Position numbers and translations under genes: made by a program | IMG/VR virus record: IMGVR_UViG_3300033150_000846 | Coordinates: 276-64,275 of that record | Strand: one strand, 5' to 3' | Length of the DNA stretch: 64,000 nt | Source: a virus | Taxonomy: Duplodnaviria; Caudoviricetes | In this document: one piece after another, positions 1 through 8,089 of the stretch | How positions within the stretch are numbered: position 1 is the first letter of the stretch | Layout of the letters: each line of letters begins with the position of its first letter | Notes under the pieces: generated by a model | Database searches by the model: none | The model's input: the letters and a program-made list of their open reading frames with translations, nothing else | Told to the model about the DNA's origin: nothing

Positions 1-41
1 TCGAACTTGAACGAAACGATAGACATTGGTGCGAACTGTTC

Positions 42-563
42 ATGGTAGCGGCGTCTTGGATCGCTGTGCTGTTCGTCATCATTTTGACCGCTGGGGCGCT
101 GTACGGACAGGAATTGAAGCCGCTAGAGGCTCCGGCAACCGACAGCGCTTGGACTGCCTACCGCAGGCCGACAGACGCCACGGAACTTGCCGAGAAGCTG
201 AGACAATTGCGGCGCTATTGTGCAGCCGGGCGAGGGCTTGCCTTTGGAACGCCGGCGCTGTTCCGCGATCCTCAGGGGCGACTTGTGGCGGCGTTCAGTC
301 ATCCGACATTTGCCGCACCGCGCAAGGTTGTCCAGGACGCCGAGGGCAACATCATCAGCGAGAGTGGCGGAGACAGAATTCTCCTGGTGCGCGGCAAGGC
401 ATTGATCCAGGCTGCTTCACAGCTTTGCGCCCCGGCTTTTAGAGATGGCCGACGCGACCGGCGCTTTCTGCGGGCATTTTGGGAGCTGGATCAAGCTAGC
501 GGCAATGTGCGGTTTGTGCGACGGATTCCGGAGGGACTGAAGCCGGTGGAGGCCCCGGAGTGA
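42..563 (+). CDS. Hypothetical protein with N-terminal signal peptide or membrane anchor
   Basis: Hydrophobic N-terminus WIAVLFVIILTAGALYGQ; stop overlaps the next start. Confidence 0.6.
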   Translation: MVAASWIAVLFVIILTAGALYGQELKPLEAPATDSAWTAYRRPTDATELAEKLRQLRRYCAAGRGLAFGTPALFRDPQGRLVAAFSHPTFAAPRKVVQDAEGNIISESGGDRILLVRGKALIQAASQLCAPAFRDGRRDRRFLRAFWELDQASGNVRFVRRIPEGLKPVEAPE

Positions 564-790
564 AGTTTCTTACTAGCCAACTGTTTCCACGTGACACTTT
601 GGAGGCAGAAGCAATGACTTGCCCAAGCTGCGGCTGCTCTGTGCCTTTAACGGCTTCACGATACGCAGTCTCCCTCATTGAAGCGCTGTGCGACGAACTC
701 GCTCGACAACAGCACAAAGACCCCGAAACAAAACAACTACTAAACCAAGCAGAAGCCTTCCTCAAAGGAACCAGAGGCAAAACAGAATAG
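560..790 (+). CDS. Small CxxC-containing hypothetical protein
   Basis: CPSC motif; GTGA overlap with the upstream gene. Confidence 0.55.
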   Translation: MKFLTSQLFPRDTLEAEAMTCPSCGCSVPLTASRYAVSLIEALCDELARQQHKDPETKQLLNQAEAFLKGTRGKTE

Positions 791-794
791 CTGT

Positions 795-1319
795 ATGATA
801 AAGCACCTACGATACCTACACTATGTACTGCGGCACAAATATTACGTGCTCCGTGAGTGCTGGAAGCATGGCCTGATTTGGCGCGGGTTGACCCATGACT
901 TAAGTAAATTCCTTCCTAGTGAATGGCTCCCATACGCAAATTACTTCTACGGCAAAGCCCATACTGTTCGGGACGAGACAGGTTACTATAAACCTACTGA
1001 TACTGGTGATGCAAGGTTTGACTTCGCTTGGCTCCTCCACCAGAAGCGCAATGATCATCATTGGCAATGGTGGATTTTACCGGAGGATGAAGGTGGAATA
1101 AAAGTGCTGCCCATGTCACGTGAAGCTCGCCTGGAAATGCTCTGTGACTGGATCGGTGCCGGTCTAGCCCAGGGAACACCAGGCACTCGTGCTTGGTACC
1201 TAAAGAACAAAGACAAGATGCTGCTACATCCAGAGACACGTGCATGGGTTGAACGCCAGCTTAGCACAAGCAATCCTTTGATACTGTCCAATGAACGCCA
1301 AACTCAAGCAACTGGTTGA
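795..1319 (+). CDS. DUF5662-like HD-type putative phosphohydrolase
   Basis: Motifs LRHK, HDLSKF, HQKRNDHHWQWW and EMLCDW. Confidence 0.75.
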   Translation: MIKHLRYLHYVLRHKYYVLRECWKHGLIWRGLTHDLSKFLPSEWLPYANYFYGKAHTVRDETGYYKPTDTGDARFDFAWLLHQKRNDHHWQWWILPEDEGGIKVLPMSREARLEMLCDWIGAGLAQGTPGTRAWYLKNKDKMLLHPETRAWVERQLSTSNPLILSNERQTQATG

Positions 1320-1554
1320 CGCCCTGCCATGGAACTGGAAGGACCTAGCGCAACATCTGGACATGCTATCCCTGCGCTGCGAGAAGAAGCCGCCGGGCTG
1401 GGTCGACCCGAATGATCCGATTGTCCTAGATCTCATGAAGACAGCGGCGAAGGTTTCCAGGGATCGCGGGCTGAAACCGCCACCAAATTACGACGAGGAA
1501 TACCGGCAGTTCATGGAGTGCTTCGAGGAACTGTACACCAAGGGTGAAATATGA
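1291..1554 (+). CDS. Hypothetical protein
   Basis: ORF packed in the co-directional run. Confidence 0.55.
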   Translation: MNAKLKQLVDALPWNWKDLAQHLDMLSLRCEKKPPGWVDPNDPIVLDLMKTAAKVSRDRGLKPPPNYDEEYRQFMECFEELYTKGEI

Positions 1555-1615
1555 CAGAGTCCTGACTGGTGAATTCAAACAAAGCGAAAGTTAGGTATAA
1601 TAGAGAGGCAAGACT

Positions 1616-1783
1616 ATGCCAAAAGAACTGGAAAGAAAGCTACGACGACAGGTGAAGTACATGAAGCTTCGCCGAAGAAAAGGCGAAACCCGTAAAGAAG
1701 CCGAGGACCGCTACGTTTACGGAACTCTCCGTAAGACAGGTTGGAAGCCCAAGCGTAAGAAGCACACAAAAAAGAAGAAATAA
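1616..1783 (+). CDS. Small very basic 55-aa protein, not in the ORF track
   Basis: MPKELERKLRRQ...YVYGTLRKTGWKPKRKKHTKKKK. GAGAGG SD and TATAAT upstream; TAATG overlap with the next gene. Confidence 0.7.
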   Translation: MPKELERKLRRQVKYMKLRRRKGETRKEAEDRYVYGTLRKTGWKPKRKKHTKKKK

Positions 1784-2400
1784 TGCGACTCGCCAAACTA
1801 GCATGTATCGCAACAATCTTTGCGGCCACCGGCCTGGCTTGTGAACCAACACTCAAGCCCTGCTTGGTTACCGCCAACTTCTCGACAAACCTTGAAGGTG
1901 ACCCAGATACACGCCCTTCCACGTGGGGCATGGCCAAGGCTCAGACATGGACGCTACAATTCACCCCGCTGCCAAACACCCGAGTGGAGATTCTTGAGGT
2001 CTCAGGTGACTTAGTGGCATGGCCGACTACAGGGGGCCTTGGCCCGGCAATTGTGGAGCCAGGCCGTTTTGCCGGAGTGCTGTTTGGGCTACAGACGACT
2101 GAGCCTGAAGGCTCAACCCGTGCTTTCCCAGCTTCCGACAACACTCTGGTCTACATTCAGGACGCGGTAGCCCAGGAGCCCAGACGTGCCTCTTTCGACC
2201 GTCACATCAGGCGTACTCTGCCTGCCGACAACAAAATCATCGTGAAGGTCGCAGTCTGGCTCAACGACACCGGCTACAAAATCCACATTGAACCAACATT
2301 CACCATCAAGTACCGTTTCGTCCCCGCCAACTACAAGGGGTGGGGAGAGTTTGGCAGCGGGGTTCTAGAGTTTCGACCGGCCTCGGAAAAGGAGGAATAA
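1783..2400 (+). CDS. Secreted or lipoprotein-like hypothetical protein
   Basis: MRLAKLACIATIFAATGLAC resembles a signal peptide or lipobox; beta-rich body. Confidence 0.6.
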   Translation: MRLAKLACIATIFAATGLACEPTLKPCLVTANFSTNLEGDPDTRPSTWGMAKAQTWTLQFTPLPNTRVEILEVSGDLVAWPTTGGLGPAIVEPGRFAGVLFGLQTTEPEGSTRAFPASDNTLVYIQDAVAQEPRRASFDRHIRRTLPADNKIIVKVAVWLNDTGYKIHIEPTFTIKYRFVPANYKGWGEFGSGVLEFRPASEKEE

Positions 2401-2610
2401 ATGATGGATAAGCTTCTTAAGGTATTGTCTCCCGGCAAGACAGTCGGGATGAACACGACACTTGGGGTTGTTTTGTACTGGATTTCTCAGATGGAGTTCC
2501 AGACGGAAGTGGGGCGGATTGTCCAGATGGTCGTGATGGCGGCTACTGTTGTCGGTATTGCCGTGGTCACGAACCTTGCACATCAGGCTCCAAGTCCTCG
2601 TAAGAAATGA
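2401..2610 (+). CDS. Small two-TM membrane protein (holin candidate)
   Basis: Two hydrophobic segments, basic C-terminus, Met-Met start and AGGAGG SD. Confidence 0.5.
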   Translation: MMDKLLKVLSPGKTVGMNTTLGVVLYWISQMEFQTEVGRIVQMVVMAATVVGIAVVTNLAHQAPSPRKK

Positions 2611-2936
2611 CTAAGCAGACAAGGGTTGAGAGACAGAAGAAAGCTATTGCAGACGCTGATCTTGTCACTAACTTGCTGGAGCACGCTGGCTGGGTGGATG
2701 TAATCAAGCCCAGGCTGGAGGCCAAGGTGAATGAGCTTAGGACTTTGCTCCCGCAACTTGTGCTGAGCTCGGGTCTGCAGGTGACTACAGGAGCTACGAA
2801 GGAGCAAGTAGCTGCTAGAATTCAAGGTATTACCGAGGTCATTAAGCTGATTGAGAATATCCTTCGGGATGGAGCTACGGCTTTTGAGGAGCTTAATGCC
2901 TTTGGTAAGCTAAGTACGCAGGAGAAGCCCAGATAG
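2607..2936 (+). CDS. Hypothetical head-module protein
   Basis: Small helical ORF immediately upstream of the scaffold gene. Confidence 0.55.
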   Translation: MTKQTRVERQKKAIADADLVTNLLEHAGWVDVIKPRLEAKVNELRTLLPQLVLSSGLQVTTGATKEQVAARIQGITEVIKLIENILRDGATAFEELNAFGKLSTQEKPR

Positions 2937-2956
2937 TATAATATAGAGGTAACATT

Positions 2957-3919
2957 ATGCCAGACAACGATATCACCAAAAACGAAGAAAGCACTGAGGA
3001 AGCACCGGTTACGGAACCGGAAAACAGTGGTGTGGAAGAGAAGACCGCCCGCGAAAAGATTTATGAAAAGTACTACGGGAGTCAGACAGACTCGCCTGTT
3101 GTGAGCACGGAGGGAGCTAAGGAAGAGGAATCCTCGGCTCCGCAGGAGGAGTCTGCGGTTGACAGGGACCAGGAGATGTCCGCGAAGGAGGCCCCGGAGG
3201 CTAGCGAGGGTTCGACTGGTCCGCGTAGTGAGGAGGAAATTGCTCGGAAGTTGGCTGAAGTGGAGGCTTTGATCAAGGCACAGCAGGAGGAAATTGCCCG
3301 CTTCAAAGCGGCAGCATCTTCTAATGAGCCTGAAGCTCCGCAGCCAGCCGAGGAGCAGAAGCAAGAGAGTTGGGTAGAGCTTTATCGTGAAGGCAAGTTC
3401 GAGGAAGGTGATCGTGCTCTGGCTCGGCGCATTGATGAGTTGAATGCTCAGAAGAGGGCTTCTGAGGCACAGGCTATCATGGCGCAGACAGTCGAGATGC
3501 TTGAAGCCAAGCACAGAATGCAGAAGTTTACCGACGAGATTAAGCGAGAAAATCCCCATTTGAAGAATCTTGAGGGAGTTTTCAATTCCGCTATTGAGCG
3601 CGATATCATTCGTGCGAAAGAAGAAGGCAAGATTAGGAGTCACAAAGACTTTGCCGATTTCTATGTTGAACGGCTAAAGGCTTATGTGGACAGCGCGAAT
3701 AATGTTGTTAAGGAGTCCCGCGCCTCTGGTGCCAAAGACGCTACTGTTAGAACGCAGGAAGTTATCAGTGAAGGGGTAATGAAGCCACAGGAGGTTTCGT
3801 CTCCTCGGGTTCCCGAGAAGGAAGAGGAGAAGAAGCAAGAAGTGCCGGAAGACCCTCTCGAAGCTTATATCTTTTTGCGGAGACAACAGGCAGCGAAACG
3901 TGATGGGCTAGCAACTTAA
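2957..3919 (+). CDS. Capsid scaffolding protein
   Basis: Acidic, low-complexity N-terminus and coiled coil, directly upstream of the major capsid gene. Confidence 0.75.
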   Translation: MPDNDITKNEESTEEAPVTEPENSGVEEKTAREKIYEKYYGSQTDSPVVSTEGAKEEESSAPQEESAVDRDQEMSAKEAPEASEGSTGPRSEEEIARKLAEVEALIKAQQEEIARFKAAASSNEPEAPQPAEEQKQESWVELYREGKFEEGDRALARRIDELNAQKRASEAQAIMAQTVEMLEAKHRMQKFTDEIKRENPHLKNLEGVFNSAIERDIIRAKEEGKIRSHKDFADFYVERLKAYVDSANNVVKESRASGAKDATVRTQEVISEGVMKPQEVSSPRVPEKEEEKKQEVPEDPLEAYIFLRRQQAAKRDGLAT

Positions 3920-3935
3920 CCAAAGGAGATGAATT

Positions 3936-4214
3936 ATGGCAGGACAAACATGGTCAGTTGGCTCTCTTGGAGGCACAGGCATCGGCGCGGTTCCGTATCT
4001 GTCGGATCGTTTGCGCTATGTGGCGCAGCCGGAGTGGAGACTGCGCAGCTTTGTGGACGTAAAAGAGGCCATTGGCAAAAATCGTGGAGACACCTGGCTT
4101 TTTGACAAAGTCGGGAACCTTGCTACGCAGGGTACCACGTTGATTGAAACGGCTACCATGCCGGAGACCAACTTTACGGTTGGTCAGGGTACGGGAACTA
4201 TTGATGAGTGGGGT
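3936..4214 (+). CDS. Major capsid protein, exon 1 (N4-gp56-like family)
   Basis: AAGGAG SD; ends ...TIDEWG and joins in frame to NSVPYT at 4849, giving a 318-aa product. Confidence 0.85.
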
Positions 4215-4848
4215 AAACTGAATTGATTGCCCTTTTACGTGGTAGTTGCAGGAAAGCCCTAAAGCCATCGGCCCCTACTGATGGAACAGTTCGATGGATG
4301 TAACAATGGGTAACCCGCATATGCAAGAGGTTGAGATGGCATACTTGGCAGGATTGATTGATGGGGAAGGGACGATTACCTTAGAGAGGTCAGGTAACCG
4401 TCGCCTGAATGGCATGATGGGCCTGAGCCCCAAGGTGATTGTAACCGACACAGACCGGGCGATTGTTGACGCTACTATGACAATCATGCGTCGGCTCGGT
4501 GTGAACCCCTATGTTAAGGTACAGTCTCCTGCTAAGCGCAAGAAGGCTTGCTTTTGGGTTACGGTCAGCGGTCTTAGTAAGTGCAAGAAAGTGCTGGAGG
4601 CCGTGAAGCCTTACCTGGTCGGCAAGTTGGCGCAGGCTCAGCTTGTACTGGACTTTGTGGAAAGCCGAGGCAATTCGCAGGCTGCTAAAGGCCAACAGTA
4701 CAGTGAAGCTGAGCTGCAAATTCTGGATAAATTGCGTGCTCTCAACCATCGAGGCGTGTCAGAGACTGAAGACCACGGACTCCGTTGGAAGCTAGCTTCC
4801 AAGAGTCAAATGACAGTCCACTCCGCAGTGAAAGCTGCGGGCTGAGTG
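4215..4848 (+). ncRNA. Group I self-splicing intron in the major capsid gene
   Basis: Exon ends in U (GGGGT|) pairing with IGS GCCCT. P3 CGTGGT(4238)/ACCACG(4772); P7 TCAGAGACTG(4759)/GACAGTCC(4812); P8 hairpin; P9 CCGCAGT-GAAA-GCTGCGG; terminal G4848. Confidence 0.9.
4294..4845 (+). CDS. Intron-encoded LAGLIDADG homing endonuclease, single motif (start may be 4306 or 4321)
   Basis: YLAGLIDGEG motif and VKPYLVGK...QA C-terminal signature. Confidence 0.9.
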   Translation: MDVTMGNPHMQEVEMAYLAGLIDGEGTITLERSGNRRLNGMMGLSPKVIVTDTDRAIVDATMTIMRRLGVNPYVKVQSPAKRKKACFWVTVSGLSKCKKVLEAVKPYLVGKLAQAQLVLDFVESRGNSQAAKGQQYSEAELQILDKLRALNHRGVSETEDHGLRWKLASKSQMTVHSAVKAAG

Positions 4849-5526
4849 AATAGCGTTCCGTACACCCTGAAGATTGATGCTCTTGGGCAGATTTCGATCT
4901 CGTCCGTTACTGAGCACAAGCTCAGGGATGACATGGTGGCTGCCCTGGAGAATGGCTGCGGTGACGAGTATGTGAAGACTGACTTCATTGCCGTCAACGT
5001 GGGCACTGCTTCAGTGGCGATCACAACTGATGGTACCGCCACTGCTACTGCTTCGGCGGATCTCACTGCCGCGAATGTTCGTTCCATTGTGAACTTCATG
5101 AAGCGGAAGAAGATTCCCAAGTATAGTGGTGGGACATATGTGTGCGTTGGCTCGGTGAATTTGCTTGCTGGACTTCAGGCCGACACCGCGACTGGTGGCT
5201 GGATTGATGTGAGCAAGTATACTGGTGAATTTGCCCGTAACATTCACAACGGCGAGATTGGTAAGTTTTACCAGACTCGGTTTGTGGAGGAAACCGGGTA
5301 CTTCTCCAATACCATCGGTAGTGGGAGCGACAACGGCTCCGGCGTCTTCTTCGGGATGGACAACGTCTATGAGGCGGTGGCTATTCCGGAGGAAATTCGC
5401 GTGAAGAATTCCACTGACTACAATCGAGACCTGGGCTTGGCGTGGTACGCCCTGCTTGGCTTCAAGATTGTGTGGGATTACTCTGCCGACAATGAGCAGC
5501 ACATTGTCTACGTGACAAGTGCGTAG
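4849..5526 (+). CDS. Major capsid protein, exon 2
   Basis: GEIGKFYQTRFVE and DYNRDLGLAWYALLGF are typical of N4-gp56-type capsid C-terminal halves. Confidence 0.85.
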   Translation, partial: NSVPYTLKIDALGQISISSVTEHKLRDDMVAALENGCGDEYVKTDFIAVNVGTASVAITTDGTATATASADLTAANVRSIVNFMKRKKIPKYSGGTYVCVGSVNLLAGLQADTATGGWIDVSKYTGEFARNIHNGEIGKFYQTRFVEETGYFSNTIGSGSDNGSGVFFGMDNVYEAVAIPEEIRVKNSTDYNRDLGLAWYALLGFKIVWDYSADNEQHIVYVTSA

Positions 5527-5543
5527 GGAAAGGAGGAGTAATT

Positions 5544-5957
5544 ATGGCATACCCTGACCAGAAGTATTACACACGGCAGGTAAACCTGTGGGGCCAAGCA
5601 GTAGACTTCGGCACTGCGGGCGGCACAACTGTCAGCTCGGCAGATGCTGTGAAGCAGCTTCCGAAGTTCTTCCGCAAAACCAAGGTTAACAAGCTCCGTC
5701 TGCGTTGCACAACCATTCCGAACGCAGAAGCTACTGCTCTGGTGGCTTCGTTCTTGAATGGGACAGACACGTTTGCAACTGTGACTTTGACGACAGCAAC
5801 TGCTGATCAGTCTCTTGATGCTACAGTCACTAGTGCAAACGCTGTGTTTGACGCAGACTCTCAGCCAACTGTGAAAATCACTGGGACGGCTACCGCTTCC
5901 GGCGATAGCCTCGGTGACTTTGACATTTGGGCTGAGACCCAGGAAGTCTACGAGTAG
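5544..5957 (+). CDS. Capsid decoration or cement protein (putative)
   Basis: Thr/Ala-rich beta protein right after the capsid gene; strong AAGGAGG SD. Confidence 0.6.
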   Translation: MAYPDQKYYTRQVNLWGQAVDFGTAGGTTVSSADAVKQLPKFFRKTKVNKLRLRCTTIPNAEATALVASFLNGTDTFATVTLTTATADQSLDATVTSANAVFDADSQPTVKITGTATASGDSLGDFDIWAETQEVYE

Positions 5958-5968
5958 TAGCCTTAGAT

Positions 5969-6007
5969 TGCTAGGAGCTGGGGCATCCTGGCTCCTAGCC
6001 CACTTTC
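5969..6007 (+). terminator. Hairpin and probable terminator after the capsid operon
   Basis: GCTAGGAGCTGG...CCTGGCTCCTAGC inverted repeat followed by CACTTT. Confidence 0.55.
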
Positions 6008-6048
6008 TACCTACTCAACTTGGTGCAAGCCCTTGAGTAGGTTATCAC

Positions 6049-6077
6049 TTGACTTTTGTCAAGGTTTGTGGTATAGT
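6049..6077 (+). promoter_or_regulatory. Sigma70-type promoter
   Basis: TTGACT-17 bp-TATAGT with TG extended -10. Confidence 0.75.
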
Positions 6078-6083
6078 GAGAGT

Positions 6084-6150
6084 GGAGGCTGCCCAAGGGT
6101 CTAGGCTGCTTGGGAGGTCTCCCCTTACGGCCCGAAAGGGCCGTTTTCTC
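6084..6150 (+). ncRNA. Predicted ~65-nt structured small RNA
   Basis: Lies between the 6049 promoter and terminator ACGGCCC-GAAA-GGGCCGT-TTT; contains a GGAGGC..CCCAAG..CTTGGG..GTCTCC hairpin and no ORF start. Confidence 0.55.
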
Positions 6151-6179
6151 TTGACAAATGGAGAAGTTTGTGGTATACT
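6151..6179 (+). promoter_or_regulatory. Sigma70-type promoter
   Basis: TTGACA-17 bp-TATACT with TG extended -10; ATG at 6190 gives a very short leader. Confidence 0.8.
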
Positions 6180-6189
6180 CAGTGTGAGT

Positions 6190-6633
6190 ATGCCTACAAA
6201 ACAACCTGCAAGAAAGACCAAAACCAACTGGAAGGCCCTTTACCAGGCTAAGATCTGGCCAAAGGAAATCATTTGTCAAAGCTACTATCCTACCCACTTC
6301 GCAAATGTAGCTTGCCATAGCCGCATTATTCCCAAGGTAGAGAACATCAAGAATCACATGAGGAACTGTTCGGACGATGTCGGCTTGGGTATCTATGTCG
6401 TTATGGAAACCCGTTCCGAGGGCTGCCCCTTGTGGAAAGACCTGGAGGAAGCTGGCATTGAGGCGCTGGATTTTCGCTGTGCCGTAGACAACCATATTGT
6501 TCCGTTCCACCCCTTCCACATCGCAAAGCACACCAAGCCGCACTCGGGCAACCGCCGGAGAGTGACTGAAGGGAACAGGTTCTACTTCACGTTGTCTTAT
6601 GAGCAGCCCATTGACGAAGAAGAAGAGTTCTAG
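6190..6633 (+). CDS. Hypothetical Cys/His-rich protein
   Basis: ATG just downstream of the promoter; the track's longer start at 6049 overlaps promoters and hairpins. Confidence 0.65.
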   Translation: MPTKQPARKTKTNWKALYQAKIWPKEIICQSYYPTHFANVACHSRIIPKVENIKNHMRNCSDDVGLGIYVVMETRSEGCPLWKDLEEAGIEALDFRCAVDNHIVPFHPFHIAKHTKPHSGNRRRVTEGNRFYFTLSYEQPIDEEEEF

Positions 6634-8089
6634 GCTGCCGCCGTGGGTAGTTTACCATAGTGCTGCATACATGGGAGGTAAGGGGCTGCTGTACGGTACC
6701 GGCCCCATATACAACAGGGAGGCTCGTACCAAACAGAACTTTGCCTTTCCGGTAGAGAACGGCGATTTTTCACTATTTGCAAATGACAGATTCGACTTTG
6801 TTTTACTGGGCAGTGTTGGTGCTGATATCACTGAGTCTGTTGTATCTGAAGCCGCCGGACACTTACGTGTAGGCGGCAACTTAATTCTTGCTCTGTCCTT
6901 CTCGGACCCTTCCTCGGCCCTCCCCCAAATCAATGAAGTTGTCTCCAAGTGTGGGTACTGGCTCAAGAAAGACCAGTTCGTCAAAGACGGCATAGTCTAC
7001 GCTATTTTTAAGCGGCTTCGGGGGCGGCTTGGGCTGAAGCAGAACCCCGCTGCCAAACTCCCTCGGGCGTGTGTGAGCCGGTTGGGGGCCATTGGGGACA
7101 TGATTATGGTCACTCCTTTGCTCAGGTGCTTGAAGGAGGACGGCTACTATGTGACCGTCAATGGCTCAACGGCGAGCATTCCGGTGCTGTTCAACAATCC
7201 CAATGTGGACAACATAGTTCCGCAGGTTCGCAACATTGTGCCTAACCGGGAGCTTGGGCAGTACTGGGCGTATTGGGCCAAGAAATACGATAAGTACGTG
7301 AATCTTTCTGAGAGTATTGAGGGGACACTGTTGAAGGTCGAGGGTAGACGAGACTTCTACACAACTAAAGAGTGGCGGCACAAGATGTGCAATGTGAACT
7401 ACTATGATGCTAGTTTGGCAGCGGGGTCATATGGGCATGTGAGGGGAAGGAACGGGGAGATTTACTTGACGGCCAAGGAGCGCAGGTTTGCTAAGCGGAT
7501 GTTGCCGGACGATACGTTTAATATTGTGGTGTCCTTGACCGGTACTAGCCATCACAAGTATAATCCTTTGCTTGGTCCTATTCTTGGGCGATACTTGAAT
7601 GAGCACCCTGAGACGAGGGTTTTCATGGTTGGGGACGAGCGAGCCAGCCGGGTGACGTTTGTGCATTCACAGGCGATTGATCTTACGGGGAAGACAACGT
7701 TGAGGGAGGTGTTTGCTCTGGTGGAGCGGGCGGATCTGGTTATTGGGCCGGAGACGGCGCTGACAAACGCGGCTGCTTGTTTTGACACGCCTGAGATTGT
7801 CTTTTTGTCTCACAGTACGCGGGAGAACTTGACGAAGTACTGGAAAAATTGCGTGGCACTGGAGCCGGAAGGGTGTCCTTGTTACCCGTGCCACCAGCTT
7901 CATTATAGTGAGGATAGTTGTCCGTTGGCCAATATTCAAGATGAGAAAGGGGAGGTGTTGGCTACCGGTCCGCTGTGTGCTATGGGAAGCGTGTCAGCCG
8001 AGAGAATAGTCAAGGCCATCGACGATTTGAGGGGTGACTGTGCTATAATGAAGAGGCATGGCACTACAATGGACGCGGAGCGAACTTAG
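6599..8089 (+). CDS. GT9 (heptosyltransferase-like) glycosyltransferase with a degenerate methyltransferase-like N-terminal domain
   Basis: RLGAIGDMIMVTPLLRCLK and DLTGKTTLREVFALVERADLVIGPETALTNAAACFDTP. The N-terminal FANDRFDFV...LRVGGNLIL resembles class I SAM methyltransferase strands. Confidence 0.85.
   Translation: MSSPLTKKKSSRLPPWVVYHSAAYMGGKGLLYGTGPIYNREARTKQNFAFPVENGDFSLFANDRFDFVLLGSVGADITESVVSEAAGHLRVGGNLILALSFSDPSSALPQINEVVSKCGYWLKKDQFVKDGIVYAIFKRLRGRLGLKQNPAAKLPRACVSRLGAIGDMIMVTPLLRCLKEDGYYVTVNGSTASIPVLFNNPNVDNIVPQVRNIVPNRELGQYWAYWAKKYDKYVNLSESIEGTLLKVEGRRDFYTTKEWRHKMCNVNYYDASLAAGSYGHVRGRNGEIYLTAKERRFAKRMLPDDTFNIVVSLTGTSHHKYNPLLGPILGRYLNEHPETRVFMVGDERASRVTFVHSQAIDLTGKTTLREVFALVERADLVIGPETALTNAAACFDTPEIVFLSHSTRENLTKYWKNCVALEPEGCPCYPCHQLHYSEDSCPLANIQDEKGEVLATGPLCAMGSVSAERIVKAIDDLRGDCAIMKRHGTTMDAERT

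Noticed and set aside
4846-5526. Independent GTG-started gene as given in the ORF track
   Set aside because: The GTG is the intron 3' end, and the reading frame is capsid exon 2.
6049-6189. N-terminal extension of the 6049-6633 ORF
   Set aside because: It overlaps two promoters and a terminator; ATG 6190 is the plausible start.
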